A stretch of DNA of 64,000 nt from an uncultured delta proteobacterium (GTDB lineage Bacteria > Myxococcota_A > Polyangia > Polyangiales > Polyangiaceae). Location: assembly GCA_963806225.1 (NCBI GenBank), contig CAWDXG010000004.1:4128001-4192000 (forward strand), written 5' to 3'. The notes under the pieces are model-generated. The model did not search any database and had not been told where the DNA came from. It worked only from the letters and a program-made list of their open reading frames with translations. The position numbers and the translations under genes are program-made. Numbering within the stretch: position 1 is the first letter of the stretch; each line of letters opens with the position of its first letter. Positions 12,009 to 22,594 of this stretch are shown in pieces.

Positions 12009-13151
12009 GTGCGCCCCGCTCACTCCATCTCGCTGGTCCGCCTCTTCACCCTGGTCGCGCTCGCGGCCAGCGCGGCGCTGTTCGTCGACTACACCAGCTA
12101 CAGCCCCACGTTCTGCACCGCCACGAACTCGGGCTGCGGCGCCGTCCGCGCGAGCGGCTACGGCTATCTGCTGGGGATGATCCCGGTGCCGCTCGCGGGG
12201 CTCATCGGCTTCGGCGCCGTGCTGGTCGTCTCGCTGCTGCCCGCCGGAGGTCTGAGGAAGCGACTGCTCGCGCCGCTCGCCGTGGGCGGCGCCGCGATCG
12301 GTCTGCTGCTGTTCGCGCTGCAGGCGCTCGTCATCAAGCGCTACTGCGAATACTGCATGGCCGCCGACGCGTCGTCACTGCTGATCGCGGTGTTCGCGGT
12401 CCTCCACCGCCAGGCGATCGCCGGCACGCCCTCCGATCAGAACCGCGAGCACATGGCACGCTGGTCCTGGGCCGCCCTGGGCGGGCTCGCTATCGCCGCG
12501 CCGCTGGTGTGGCCGCACGTCCGCCCCGAGCCACCCGTGCCGGCGGACATCCGCGCCTTCTACGTCCCCGGCAAGATCAACGTCGTCGAGTTCGCCGACT
12601 ACGAGTGCCCGTTCTGCCGCGGCCTCGCCCCGCGCCTGAAGCAGGTCATGAGCGCCTATCCGGGCCGTGTGAACTTCGTGCGGCTCAACCTGCCGCTCGA
12701 CCGCATCCATCCCCAGGCACGCGACGCCGCGCGGGCACAGGTGTGCGCCGCCGAACAGGGCAAGGGCGAGGAGATGGCCGACGCGCTGTTCGAGGCCAAG
12801 GAACTATCGCTCAAGGCCAACCGCCGCATCGCCGTCGGCATGGGCCTCGACATGGATCGCTTCGATAAGTGCGTCGCCGACGCCGCCACCGACAAGCGCA
12901 TCGACCAACAGGGCAAGCTGCTGCGCGACGCCGGTTTCTCGGGGCTGCCGACGACGTTCGTCGGTGCCGACAAGGTCGTCGGCGCGCAGCCCGACGATGT
13001 CTTCCGCAAGGCCTTCGAACAGGCGGCCCGCGGCGACAACGCGCAGGGCATGCCGGGCTGGCTGTACCTGGTGATCGTCGGGATTCTGGCGCTGGGGCTG
13101 GCCGGAGCGGGGGCCGCCCAGGAGCGCCGGCGACGCGCTCGAGCCGCCTGA
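12009..13151 (+). CDS. VKOR-family membrane domain fused to a DsbA/thioredoxin domain
   Basis: Loop Cys pair CTATNSGC and membrane CEYC; EFADYECPFC and GLPT cis-Pro. Confidence 0.85.
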   Translation: MRPAHSISLVRLFTLVALAASAALFVDYTSYSPTFCTATNSGCGAVRASGYGYLLGMIPVPLAGLIGFGAVLVVSLLPAGGLRKRLLAPLAVGGAAIGLLLFALQALVIKRYCEYCMAADASSLLIAVFAVLHRQAIAGTPSDQNREHMARWSWAALGGLAIAAPLVWPHVRPEPPVPADIRAFYVPGKINVVEFADYECPFCRGLAPRLKQVMSAYPGRVNFVRLNLPLDRIHPQARDAARAQVCAAEQGKGEEMADALFEAKELSLKANRRIAVGMGLDMDRFDKCVADAATDKRIDQQGKLLRDAGFSGLPTTFVGADKVVGAQPDDVFRKAFEQAARGDNAQGMPGWLYLVIVGILALGLAGAGAAQERRRRARAA

Positions 13152-13202
13152 CACCGGTCAGCATCCGGTACCCGAGCGCCGGGCGGGGTGTTATGCTCTG
13201 CT

Positions 13203-14378
13203 ATGGAGAAAAGGAAAAAGCACACGGCGCCGCGAGAGAACGGCGCGCCTGGTTTCAACGTTCCCATCGAGGTCTTCCGGGCTCTGCCGAAGACCGACCT
13301 TCACGTCCACCTGGACGGCTCGCTGCGCCTCGAGACGATCCTGGAGATCGCCGAGCAGCAGAGCATCGAGTTGCCCGCGGACAACGTCGACAGCCTGCGT
13401 GAAGTCATCGGCTGCGGCAGGTTGTTCGGCTCCCTCGTCGAGTATCTGCGCGGCTTCGAGATCACGCTCAAGGTGATGCAGACGGAGGAAGCGCTCGAGC
13501 GCATCGCCTTCGAGCTGGCGGAAGACGCGCACCGCGAGAACGTGCGCTACATGGAAGTGCGCTACTCGCCGATGCTGCACACGCAGCGCGGCCTGAAGCT
13601 GACCAAGGTCGTCGAGGCCGTGCTCGCCGGCCTGCGCCGCGCGCGCGAGACCTACGGCATCAAGGCCAACGTGATCATCTGCGGGATCCGCAACATCTCG
13701 CCGGAATCCTCCTACGAGATGGCGGAGCTCGCCGTCGCGTACAAGGGCCGCGGCGTGGTCGGCTTCGACCTGGCCGGCGCCGAGTACGATCACCCGGCCA
13801 AGCACCATCGCCAGGCCTTCCAGCTGGTGCGCGACAACAACATCAACTCGACCATCCACGCCGGAGAAGCCTACGGCCCCGAGTCGATCGCGCAGGCGAT
13901 CCACGTCTGCGGCGCGCATCGCATCGGGCACGGCGTGCGCCTGCGCGAAAACGGCGATCTCCTCCACTACGTCAACGATCACCGGATCCCGCTGGAGTGC
14001 TGCCCCTCGAGCAACGTGCAGACCGGCGCGGTACGCGACCTGGCGTCGCATCCGTTGAAGCTCTACTTCGACCTGGGCCTGCGCGTGACGATCAACACCG
14101 ACAACCGGCTCATCACCGATACCTCGGTGTCGAAGGAACTGTGGCTGGTGCACACGGAGATGCACGTGCCCTTCCGCGACGTCCGCAGCATGGTCGTGGC
14201 CGGCTTCAAGTCGAGCTTCCAGCCCTTCCACGAGAAACAGGCGGCACTGCGCAAGGTGGCCGCGGAACTGTCGCGCTACGACGACGAGGGCAACCTCATC
14301 AACACGCCGGTCGACCCGACCACGCCCGAGCCGTCGCGCCGCATCCGCGCCAGCGCCGAGCTCAGCGACACACCGTGA
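13203..14378 (+). CDS. add: Adenosine deaminase
   Basis: LPKTDLHVHLDGS, TIHAGE, RIGHG, CPSSN and NTDN motifs. Confidence 0.92.
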   Translation: MEKRKKHTAPRENGAPGFNVPIEVFRALPKTDLHVHLDGSLRLETILEIAEQQSIELPADNVDSLREVIGCGRLFGSLVEYLRGFEITLKVMQTEEALERIAFELAEDAHRENVRYMEVRYSPMLHTQRGLKLTKVVEAVLAGLRRARETYGIKANVIICGIRNISPESSYEMAELAVAYKGRGVVGFDLAGAEYDHPAKHHRQAFQLVRDNNINSTIHAGEAYGPESIAQAIHVCGAHRIGHGVRLRENGDLLHYVNDHRIPLECCPSSNVQTGAVRDLASHPLKLYFDLGLRVTINTDNRLITDTSVSKELWLVHTEMHVPFRDVRSMVVAGFKSSFQPFHEKQAALRKVAAELSRYDDEGNLINTPVDPTTPEPSRRIRASAELSDTP

Positions 14379-14399
14379 TTGCCGCTAGCTGGGCGACCG

Positions 14400-15344
14400 T
14401 CAGAAGCTGATCCCCGCCCTCACGTCGGTGGTAGTCGCCTGGTCGAGCGCTTCGATGGCCTTGTCGACCTCTTCCGACTCCACGTCGGGCAGCTTCACCA
14501 GGAAGCGGACGTAGAGATCGCCCGTGTCCTTCTGGCGTTTGACGCCGCGCCCCTTCAGCCGCACGACCTGACCACTCTGCGCGTGCTCCGGCACGGTCAG
14601 CGTCACGTCGCCGTTCGGCGTCGGGATGCGCACCTTTGCGCCCGAGTACGCCTCCCGCGCGGTCACCGGCAGATCCAGGTACAGGTCCAGCCCGTCGCGC
14701 TCGAAGTGCGGGTGCGGCTTGACGCGGATCACGAGCACCAGATCCCCCGGCGGCCCGCCGAACATGCCCGGCTGCCCGTGGCCCGGCACGCGCACCTTGT
14801 CGCCATCGCCGGCGCCCGGCGGGACACGCACCGTCACTTCCTCGCTGCCGTCCTGCACGCGCAGCTTGAGCGATGCACCCATGATGGCCGAAGCAAAGTC
14901 CACCGTGACCTCGCTCAGCACGTCCGAGCCCTTCATCGCCGTGCGCCGCCCGCCGCCGCGCCCGCGGAACAGGTCGCCAAACAGGTCGCCGAAACCGCCG
15001 ACGCCCCCCTGGTTGGTGAAGACCTCCTCCCAGCCTCCACCGCCGCCGCGGCTGAAGCGCACCCGGCCTCCGGCGCCGGCCGCGCGCTTGTAAGCCCGCG
15101 CTGCATCCGCGTCGAAGCCTTCGCGCAGCGCATCCTCGCCGAACTCGTCGTACAGCGAGCGGGTCTTCGGATCGCTCAGCGTCTGGTAGGCGCGATTGAC
15201 CTGCTTGAAGCGCTGCTCCGCCTTGTCGTCGCCCGGGTTCTTGTCCGGATGCAGCTTGCCCGCGAGCTTGCGGTACGCCTTCTTGATGTCGTCGGCGCTG
15301 GCGTCGCGCGAGACGCCGAGCTCACTGTAGAAGTCCTGGGCCAT
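14400..15344 (-). CDS. DnaJ/CbpA-type chaperone (no zinc finger)
   Basis: J domain with HPD, G/F region, DnaJ C-terminal domain GDLYV. Confidence 0.92.
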   Translation of the reverse strand: MAQDFYSELGVSRDASADDIKKAYRKLAGKLHPDKNPGDDKAEQRFKQVNRAYQTLSDPKTRSLYDEFGEDALREGFDADAARAYKRAAGAGGRVRFSRGGGGGWEEVFTNQGGVGGFGDLFGDLFRGRGGGRRTAMKGSDVLSEVTVDFASAIMGASLKLRVQDGSEEVTVRVPPGAGDGDKVRVPGHGQPGMFGGPPGDLVLVIRVKPHPHFERDGLDLYLDLPVTAREAYSGAKVRIPTPNGDVTLTVPEHAQSGQVVRLKGRGVKRQKDTGDLYVRFLVKLPDVESEEVDKAIEALDQATTTDVRAGISF

Positions 15345-15399
15345 GTTGCGTACCGCTATGGAAAATAAGGGCGCCGCCACACTGCGGCAAGGCCGGCGC

Positions 15400-16257
15400 T
15401 CAGCCCTTGGGCGACCGCGCGCGCGGCCTTGACGCACCTCTTGCCCTCGCCCTGCAGCCTACCACCATCGAATCGACACTCTCGTCGGGCGGCTGGTCGC
15501 TGAAGTCGGCAGTCCAGACCATGTCGCCAAAACCGTTGTAGTGCAGCAGCGCCTCGATCTCGCGCGGAAAGAACTGCCGATGCGTGAGCGGCACGCTCCA
15601 GGGCTTTCCGCCGCCTTCGGGCTTGAAGTCCATCCACACGAGCAGCACCTGCCGGACGGGATCGTATTCGAAGCGCTCGGCGTAGCGCACGAGCTGCCCG
15701 GTGGTGGGGTGACGGATGCGCGGTGCGCCGTAGCTCCGGCCCGGGTCGCGAACCAGCTCGTCACCCCGCGGCACCGAGAAGTCGAACACGAAACGACCGC
15801 GTGGAGCGAGGTGTGCGCGGACCCGCGCCAGGAACTGCTCCATGTCCTGTCGCGTGTACAGGTGGAGGATCGTGTTGAAGGCGGCGATGACCAGCGGAAA
15901 GCGCCGGCTGAGCCGCACCTTGCGCATGTCGCCGTGCACGACGCGCACGCGCCGCTTCACCTCGGCCGGCTCGCGCAGAAGCGCCGCCCGGAGATCCTCG
16001 AGCATGGGTTTCGAGAGATCCACCGCCACCACGTCCACTCCGGCGCGGGCGATCGGGATCGCGATGCGACCGTTGCCAGCGCCGTACTCCAGCACCGGAC
16101 CGCCCGAAAGCCGCGCCAGCCTCACGTAGTACTCGACGTCCCAGCGACGTGAGCGGTACGTCTTTTCGTAGTACGCCGGGTCGGCGTAGTGCGCCTGCGC
16201 ACCGGCGTCGCCTGCGCGACCCAGCGCGTCGAGCGTCGGCGCTGATTTCCGTGGCAC
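15400..16257 (-). CDS. Class I SAM-dependent methyltransferase
   Basis: [15 protein letters not shown] and GDMR motifs. Confidence 0.85.
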   Translation of the reverse strand: MPRKSAPTLDALGRAGDAGAQAHYADPAYYEKTYRSRRWDVEYYVRLARLSGGPVLEYGAGNGRIAIPIARAGVDVVAVDLSKPMLEDLRAALLREPAEVKRRVRVVHGDMRKVRLSRRFPLVIAAFNTILHLYTRQDMEQFLARVRAHLAPRGRFVFDFSVPRGDELVRDPGRSYGAPRIRHPTTGQLVRYAERFEYDPVRQVLLVWMDFKPEGGGKPWSVPLTHRQFFPREIEALLHYNGFGDMVWTADFSDQPPDESVDSMVVGCRARARGASRPRARSPKG

Positions 16258-16262
16258 GCGCC

Positions 16263-16502
16263 TCAGTGCGCGGCGTGCGTGATCTCGTCGATGTACTCGA
16301 CCACAACCTCGTGACTGTCGCGGTGGAAGTGCACCTTGCCCGCCGCGATCTCGCGCAGCGCGATGACAGCCGCCTTGTTCTTCGCGTTGACGAGCGCCGG
16401 CGCACCCTTCATCAGGTTGCGGGTGCGGCTGGATGCCAGCACCACCAGGGCGAAGCGGTTCTCTTCCTGCTCCAGGCAGTCTTCAACGGTGACGCGCGCC
16501 AT
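16263..16502 (-). CDS. rpoZ: RNA polymerase omega subunit
   Basis: [10 protein letters not shown]...NRFALV...ALREIAAG. Confidence 0.95.
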   Translation of the reverse strand: MARVTVEDCLEQEENRFALVVLASSRTRNLMKGAPALVNAKNKAAVIALREIAAGKVHFHRDSHEVVVEYIDEITHAAH

Positions 16503-16638
16503 GTTTCGCGGAGATCCTTTCCGTCGGGGGTCGCGAAACCTACCCGAACCCCGGGCAGCCCGCAAGCTGGCATAAATCAACTGTGATTACAATATGTTAC
16601 GAGCCGGAGCTGGAGCTGGGCCTGAACCCTGACCCCGC

Positions 16639-17682
16639 CTAGCTGACCAGGTAGCGTCCCGAACGCATCACCGGCTCGCCGTCGATTTCGATGTCGGAGC
16701 CCGCGGCCGTGAGGACGCACTGCGCGGCGGCGTCCCAGTCCGCTCCGGTCAAATCGGGGTAGCTCATGCCGAGCGCGATGTGCAGCCCCGGCAGCGTCTG
16801 GTCGACGATCAACGTTCCGGTCGGTTCGCTCAGACCCATGTTTGTGCCGAAGCTGAACAATCCAACGCGATCCTGGTTCCTGCCTGCGCGCAGGAAAGCC
16901 GACGCGGCCTCGGCCAGAGCTCTGGAGCTGCACTGCACCCCCTTCACGCGCCCGTCCCGGAGCTCCAGCCTGACCGGCGAAGCGCGCGGGCTCTCGCCTT
17001 CCGCGCCCGGCAGCACGGTCATGGAAGCGTCGCACACGAACACTCCGGAAACCTGGCCCGGAGCGGTCAAGAGCTCGCCGGCGGGGAGGTTCTGCCAGCG
17101 GCCGGGGCGGATGATGCCGGTGTTGTCCACCCAGCGGAAACGCGGGTCGCAACAGAGCTCCAGCTCGGTGCCCGCCGGCGTGTGCGCCGTCACGCGCGAA
17201 TCGGGTCGGAGCCGCGAGCGCAAGGCTCGTGCCGTGTTCGCAATGCGGTGGGGATCGACGGAAAGCCCGGTCGCCATCAGCTCGGCGGTGACGCCGACCA
17301 TGTGTCCATGTCTGAGACCGAACTTCCGCACGTCTTCCACCAGCTGCCGGCGCAGCGTCAGCTCGTCGGGCCCCGCGCGCGCGACGTAGATGCTCGCCTG
17401 TGCCTCCGAAAGCGCTTCGACGATCGTTCCGGGCAGCTCCGCGAGCGGGCGCGGCCCGAAATCCTCCAGCGCGAAGCACAGCACGCGGACCTTGGCCCAC
17501 TCGGCCGCTTCCGCCAGCGCCTTCTGCATCGGCGCCCGTTCGGCGTCCGAGATGATCACGAGTTGCTCGCCGGGCACGCACCCGAGCGATCCCTCGACCA
17601 CGCGCCGCGCCGCCGACAGCAGGTGGTAGTCGACCCCCGCAAAGCGGGAAGCAGACCAGGAACGCTTCGGCACGTCCGACAA
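16639..17682 (-). CDS. M29 (AmpS/AmpT-like) aminopeptidase homologue, metal ligands apparently degenerate
   Basis: NLPAGE, GTN and LHIALG motifs; start uncertain. Confidence 0.7.
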   Translation of the reverse strand: MSDVPKRSWSASRFAGVDYHLLSAARRVVEGSLGCVPGEQLVIISDAERAPMQKALAEAAEWAKVRVLCFALEDFGPRPLAELPGTIVEALSEAQASIYVARAGPDELTLRRQLVEDVRKFGLRHGHMVGVTAELMATGLSVDPHRIANTARALRSRLRPDSRVTAHTPAGTELELCCDPRFRWVDNTGIIRPGRWQNLPAGELLTAPGQVSGVFVCDASMTVLPGAEGESPRASPVRLELRDGRVKGVQCSSRALAEAASAFLRAGRNQDRVGLFSFGTNMGLSEPTGTLIVDQTLPGLHIALGMSYPDLTGADWDAAAQCVLTAAGSDIEIDGEPVMRSGRYLVS

Positions 17683-17859
17683 AGAAATCCCCACGGCTAC
17701 GGGCCTGGGGCGACCCGTTTCGCGAGGGTCGCACCAATGTGACGCACGCGCCAGCGCTACGGTACCCGGCGGAAACAGCCGCAACAAGCCGCCGTCAGCC
17801 GCTCTCTAGCGCCCGACAGTGGGCGGACCTAGGTTGGGGCCAGCGAGCTGGACCTGATC

Positions 17860-19158
17860 ATGGCGAGCCGGGACGTGCCGGGACATGCAGCCGAAAACCG
17901 CGGTCCCGGAGCGGGCGCAAAGGCGGAGGAACGCGTGCGGGCCGGAGGCCGGTTGAAGCGCTACGCGTGGCTGCTGCTGGTGCTGGTCGTGCTGGGCGCC
18001 GTCGCTCTGGCGCTCGCACCTCGCGTCCTGGGCCGCAGCGTCCACGTGGTCCAGCTCGAGCACCGCGCGCTCGTGCAGACCGTGGTGACCAGCGGGCGCG
18101 TGCTGCCACCCGCCGAGATCACGCTCTCGGCCCTGGTGCCGGGTGACATCCAGAGCGTCGCGGTCGAGGAGGGTGACCCCGTCCACAAGGGACAGCTGCT
18201 GGTGCAGATCGATCCAACCGAAGCCGGCGCGGCGCTGGCCCAGGCCAAGGCGGCTCTGTCGCGGGCGCGCGCCCAGCGACGGCGCGTGCATAGCCTGACG
18301 GCGAAAGTCGCCGGCCAGAGCCTGGAACAGGCGCGGGCAAGGCTCGACCAGGCCAAGCTGGCGTACCAGCGCGAGAAGCAGCTGTTCGCCGGCGGTGCGA
18401 CCACACGCTCCGCGCTCGACGACGCCCAGACGGCGCTCGACCTGGCGCGCAGCGCGTACACTTCCGCGGAAGCACAGGCCGAGGCCTCCTCGCCGCAGGG
18501 CGCCGATTCACAATCGGCCGTCGCGGCGATCGCCCAGGCGCGTGCCGAGCTCGCGGCCGCGCAGGCGCGGCTCGACCGCGCGCGGGTCGTGGCGCCGAGC
18601 GACGGCGTGGTGCTCACGCGCAGCGTGGAGCCCGGCGACGTGGTGCAGCCTGGCGCCCAGCTCCTGGTCGTGGCCGGCAGCGGCCGCACCCAGCTGGTTG
18701 TTGAACCCGACGAGAAGAACCTCGCCCTGCTCGAGGTCGGCCAGAGCGCAGTCGCCTCGGCCGAAGCCTTTCCGTCGCAGCGCTTTCCCGCGAAGGTGGC
18801 GTTCATCGCACCCAGCGTCGATGCGCGCCGCGGCACCATCAAGGTCAAGCTCGACGTGGACAAGCCGCCCGCCTACCTGCGTCCGGCGATGACCGTCTCG
18901 GTCGAGATCGAAGTGAACAAGCGCAAGAACGCACTGGTGCTCGACGCCGGCGCGGTACGGGATCTCTCGACCGATCGCCCCTGGGTTCTGGTCGCGAAAG
19001 ACGGCGTGGCACAGCGGGCGGACGTGAAGCTCGGCCTGCGGGGCGACCGCCGGGTGGAGATCGCGGGCGGCGTGGCTCCCGACGCGCTGGTGATCCCGCC
19101 GGGCGAGACCGGCATACAGCCGGGCACGCGGGTCCGGCCCCGGCTCCCGGGGAGCTGA
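17860..19158 (+). CDS. Efflux periplasmic adaptor (MacA/HlyD-like)
   Basis: N-terminal [15 protein letters not shown] lipoyl motif; coiled coil; APSDGVV. Confidence 0.9.
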   Translation: MASRDVPGHAAENRGPGAGAKAEERVRAGGRLKRYAWLLLVLVVLGAVALALAPRVLGRSVHVVQLEHRALVQTVVTSGRVLPPAEITLSALVPGDIQSVAVEEGDPVHKGQLLVQIDPTEAGAALAQAKAALSRARAQRRRVHSLTAKVAGQSLEQARARLDQAKLAYQREKQLFAGGATTRSALDDAQTALDLARSAYTSAEAQAEASSPQGADSQSAVAAIAQARAELAAAQARLDRARVVAPSDGVVLTRSVEPGDVVQPGAQLLVVAGSGRTQLVVEPDEKNLALLEVGQSAVASAEAFPSQRFPAKVAFIAPSVDARRGTIKVKLDVDKPPAYLRPAMTVSVEIEVNKRKNALVLDAGAVRDLSTDRPWVLVAKDGVAQRADVKLGLRGDRRVEIAGGVAPDALVIPPGETGIQPGTRVRPRLPGS

Positions 19159-19160
19159 GC

Positions 19161-20379
19161 ATGCCGCTGGAGTGGTTCATCGCGCTGCGCTTCCTGCGCC
19201 AGGGGCGCATGCAGTCGGTGCTCATCATCGCCGGCGTGGGCGTGGGCGTCGGCGTGCTGGTGTTCCTCTCGGCGCTCATCACCGGGCTGCAGCAGAGCCT
19301 CATCGAGCAGACGCTCGGCGTGCAGCCGCACATCGTCGTGCGACCCGAAGAAGAGAAGGCACGCGAGCTCATCGGCACCCACACGCCCGGAGGTCCGCTG
19401 GTCGCGGCGCGCGTGGAGAAACCCGCGCAGCGCATCCGCTCCATCGACGGCTGGCAGCACGTGCGCCGCGCCATCGACTCCACACCGGGAGTCCTGGCGA
19501 CATCGCCCATGGCAGCCGGCTCGGCGTTCGCCGTGCGCGGCAACGCCAACAAGTCCGTGGCGCTGATGGGCGTCGACGCCGCCGACTACGCGCGCATCAT
19601 CGACGTGCCAGGGCACATGGTCGCCGGACGCTACTCGCTGTCCGGCACGGAAGCGGTCATCGGCCGCGAGCTCGCGGAGGACCTGGGCCTCGGCGTGGGC
19701 GACAAGCTCCGCGTGCAGACGGCGGAAGGGCGGAGCGAGCTGTTCACGGTGCGCGGCGTGTTCGACCTGGGAAACCGCGACGTGAACCGCCGCTGGGTGC
19801 TTGTTTCCCTGCGCAGCGCGCAGACGCTGCTGGATCTGGTCGGCGGCGTGTCGAACATCGAGATCAAGGTCGCGCGCATCTTCGATGCCGACGCGATCGC
19901 CCAGCGCATCGCCGCGCGCACCGGCCTGGTGAGCGACAGCTGGATGAAGACCAACGCACAGCTGCTCACCGCGCTCCGCTCGCAGAGCAGCTCGAGCTCC
20001 ATGATCCAGGTGTTCGTCATTGTCGCTGTGGCCATGGGCATCGCCAGCGTGCTGATCGTCTCGGTCGTGCAGAAGTCGCGGGAGATCGGCATCCTGCGCG
20101 CAATGGGCACGCCACGGGCGCGCGTGCTCAGGGTGTTCCTCATCGAAGGGGCGCTGGTGGGCCTCTCCGGATCGATCATGGGCGGTGTGCTCGGTTCGGG
20201 CCTCGCGTTGTTCTTCCAGCAGCTGGCCGTGGCGCCCGACGGCTCGCCGCTGTTCCCGGTGGCGCTCACCGCGACGCTGCTCGGCCGCTCGGCCCTGATC
20301 GCTACCCTCACCGGCATCGTCGCGGCAGCGCTGCCCGCGCGTCGCGCGGCCCGCCTCGATCCCGCCGTGGCCATCCGCT

Positions 20380-20387
<8 letters not shown>
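19161..20387 (+). CDS. ABC permease (FtsX/LolE/MacB type)
   Basis: [10 protein letters not shown] motif; large periplasmic domain. Confidence 0.9.
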
Positions 20388-21114
<727 letters not shown>

Positions 21115-21210
21115 CGGCCGCCCGGCGGACCACCCCCGGAGCCGGGCTGGTCATTGTGGTGCATGCGCCCGACAATCGATTATGCTCGCGCCTCCGGAGG
21201 AACCTTTCCC

Positions 21211-21813
21211 ATGCAAATCACCCGATATCTCTTCCCTGTTGCCCTGCTCGCCGCCGCTGGATTCGCCGCATGCGGTGGTGCCAAGCCGATGACCGAGTCT
21301 CCCCCGCCGCCGCCGCCGCCCGCCGAGAGCGCGCCGCCGCCCGCCGAGAGCGCGCCGCCCGCCGAGAGCGCTCCGCCCGCCGAGAGCGCTGCGCCTGCGG
21401 CCAGCGAAGCCGCACCTTCCGAAGGTCCGCCCAAGCCCTGGGACGACATGTCGACGGACGAGAAGAAGGCGTACATGAAGCACACGGTGGTTCCACACAT
21501 GAAGCCGCTGTTCATCGCGCAGGACGCCAAGCGCTACTCCGACTTCAGCTGCCAGACCTGCCACGGCAAGGCGGCCAAGCAGGGCAAGTTCAAGATGCCC
21601 AACCCGAAGCTTCCCAAGCTCGACTTCAAGAACAAGCTCGCCACCGAGAAGAAGAAGCATCCGGAGATGCTGGAGTTCATGGCGAAGAAGGTCGAACCCG
21701 AGATGGCCAAGCTGCTCGGCATGAAGCCCTTCGACCCGAAGACCAAGACGGGCTTCGGCTGCGGGGGCTGCCACACCGCGAAGGGCGGCATGCCGCACCA
21801 CGGGAAGAAGTAG
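21211..21813 (+). CDS. Diheme c-type cytochrome lipoprotein with Pro-rich linker
   Basis: Lipobox FAAC; CQTCH and CGGCH; GGAGG RBS. Confidence 0.82.
   Translation: MQITRYLFPVALLAAAGFAACGGAKPMTESPPPPPPPAESAPPPAESAPPAESAPPAESAAPAASEAAPSEGPPKPWDDMSTDEKKAYMKHTVVPHMKPLFIAQDAKRYSDFSCQTCHGKAAKQGKFKMPNPKLPKLDFKNKLATEKKKHPEMLEFMAKKVEPEMAKLLGMKPFDPKTKTGFGCGGCHTAKGGMPHHGKK
21310..21392 (+). repeat. Coding tandem repeat, 4 units of 18-21 bp encoding (P)PPAESA
   Basis: ccgcccgccgagagcgc repeated four times. Confidence 0.85.
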
Positions 21814-21899
21814 TCGACGCTCGCAATCGCGGTGCGCGTGCTTCCAGCGCGCACCGCGCTTGACAATCCGACCACCCCGGGGGATAGACCCCGGGCTCC

Positions 21900-21986
21900 G
21901 GAGGAGTGGCCGAGTGGTCGAAGGCAGCGGTTTTGAAAACCGCCGTACCTTTACGGGTACCCAGGGTTCGAATCCCTGCTCCTCCG
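21900..21986 (+). tRNA. tRNA-Ser(TGA)
   Basis: GGAGGAG/CTCCTCC acceptor stem; GCGGT-TTTGAAA-ACCGC anticodon arm; long variable arm; GGTTCGAATCC; G discriminator; CCA not fully encoded. Confidence 0.97.
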
Positions 21987-22001
21987 CCGATGGCTCGACC
22001 G

Positions 22002-22415
22002 ATGCTGAAGAAGCTGGCCAGGACGACCCCGCTCTCCGCTGACCTCGGGCTGCTCGTCGTGCGGCTCTGGTTCGGTGTCGTGCTCGCGCTGCACCACGGC
22101 TACGGCAAGCTGATGAACCTCGGCGCGTTCACCGCGAACGTGGCGACGAAGCACATTCCGCTGCCCTGGCTGCTCGGCCCGCTCGCGGGCCTTGGCGAGT
22201 TCTTTGGCGGGCTGATGCTCGCGTTCGGAATCTTCGGCCGTGTGGGGGCCGCGTGGGTGCTGGGCGTGATGATGGTCGCCGCGTTCCAGGTGCACGGCGC
22301 GGATCCGTTCGGCAAGAAGGAGCTGGCTCTCGCCTACGGCGCGGTCGCGCTGGCCCTGCTCGTCGCGGGGCCCGGCCGCTTCAGCGTCGATGCGCGCTGG
22401 CTCGGTCGGCGCTAG
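22002..22415 (+). CDS. DoxX-family membrane protein
   Basis: GLLVVRLWFG...HGYGKL...EFFGGL...ELALAY...GPGRFSVD. Confidence 0.88.
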   Translation: MLKKLARTTPLSADLGLLVVRLWFGVVLALHHGYGKLMNLGAFTANVATKHIPLPWLLGPLAGLGEFFGGLMLAFGIFGRVGAAWVLGVMMVAAFQVHGADPFGKKELALAYGAVALALLVAGPGRFSVDARWLGRR

Positions 22416-22594
22416 CTCGCGCGACGCACGGCACAGCCGATGCAGGTACACCCCGCAGGTAGTGGGGAGGCCTGCCGGTGCGGGTACGGAAGCGAAATCG
22501 ATGCGTTCGTCGACGTGACGAGACGGAGATCGCGCGCCGTTCGAAGCGCCCACGGGTTCCCTTCTTGACGTAGCTCAAGCGAGGAGGCCCTCCA

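Noticed and set aside
16565..16600. dif/Xer site
   Set aside because: Only partial resemblance; arm spacing does not fit, and the locus appears origin-proximal
21310..21392. Short direct repeats as a possible CRISPR array
   Set aside because: No spacers; in-frame coding Pro-rich linker; no cas genes
21906..22001. N-terminal extension of the DoxX ORF (MAEWSKAAVLKT...)
   Set aside because: It is the translation of the tRNA gene; the real start is 21990 or 22002
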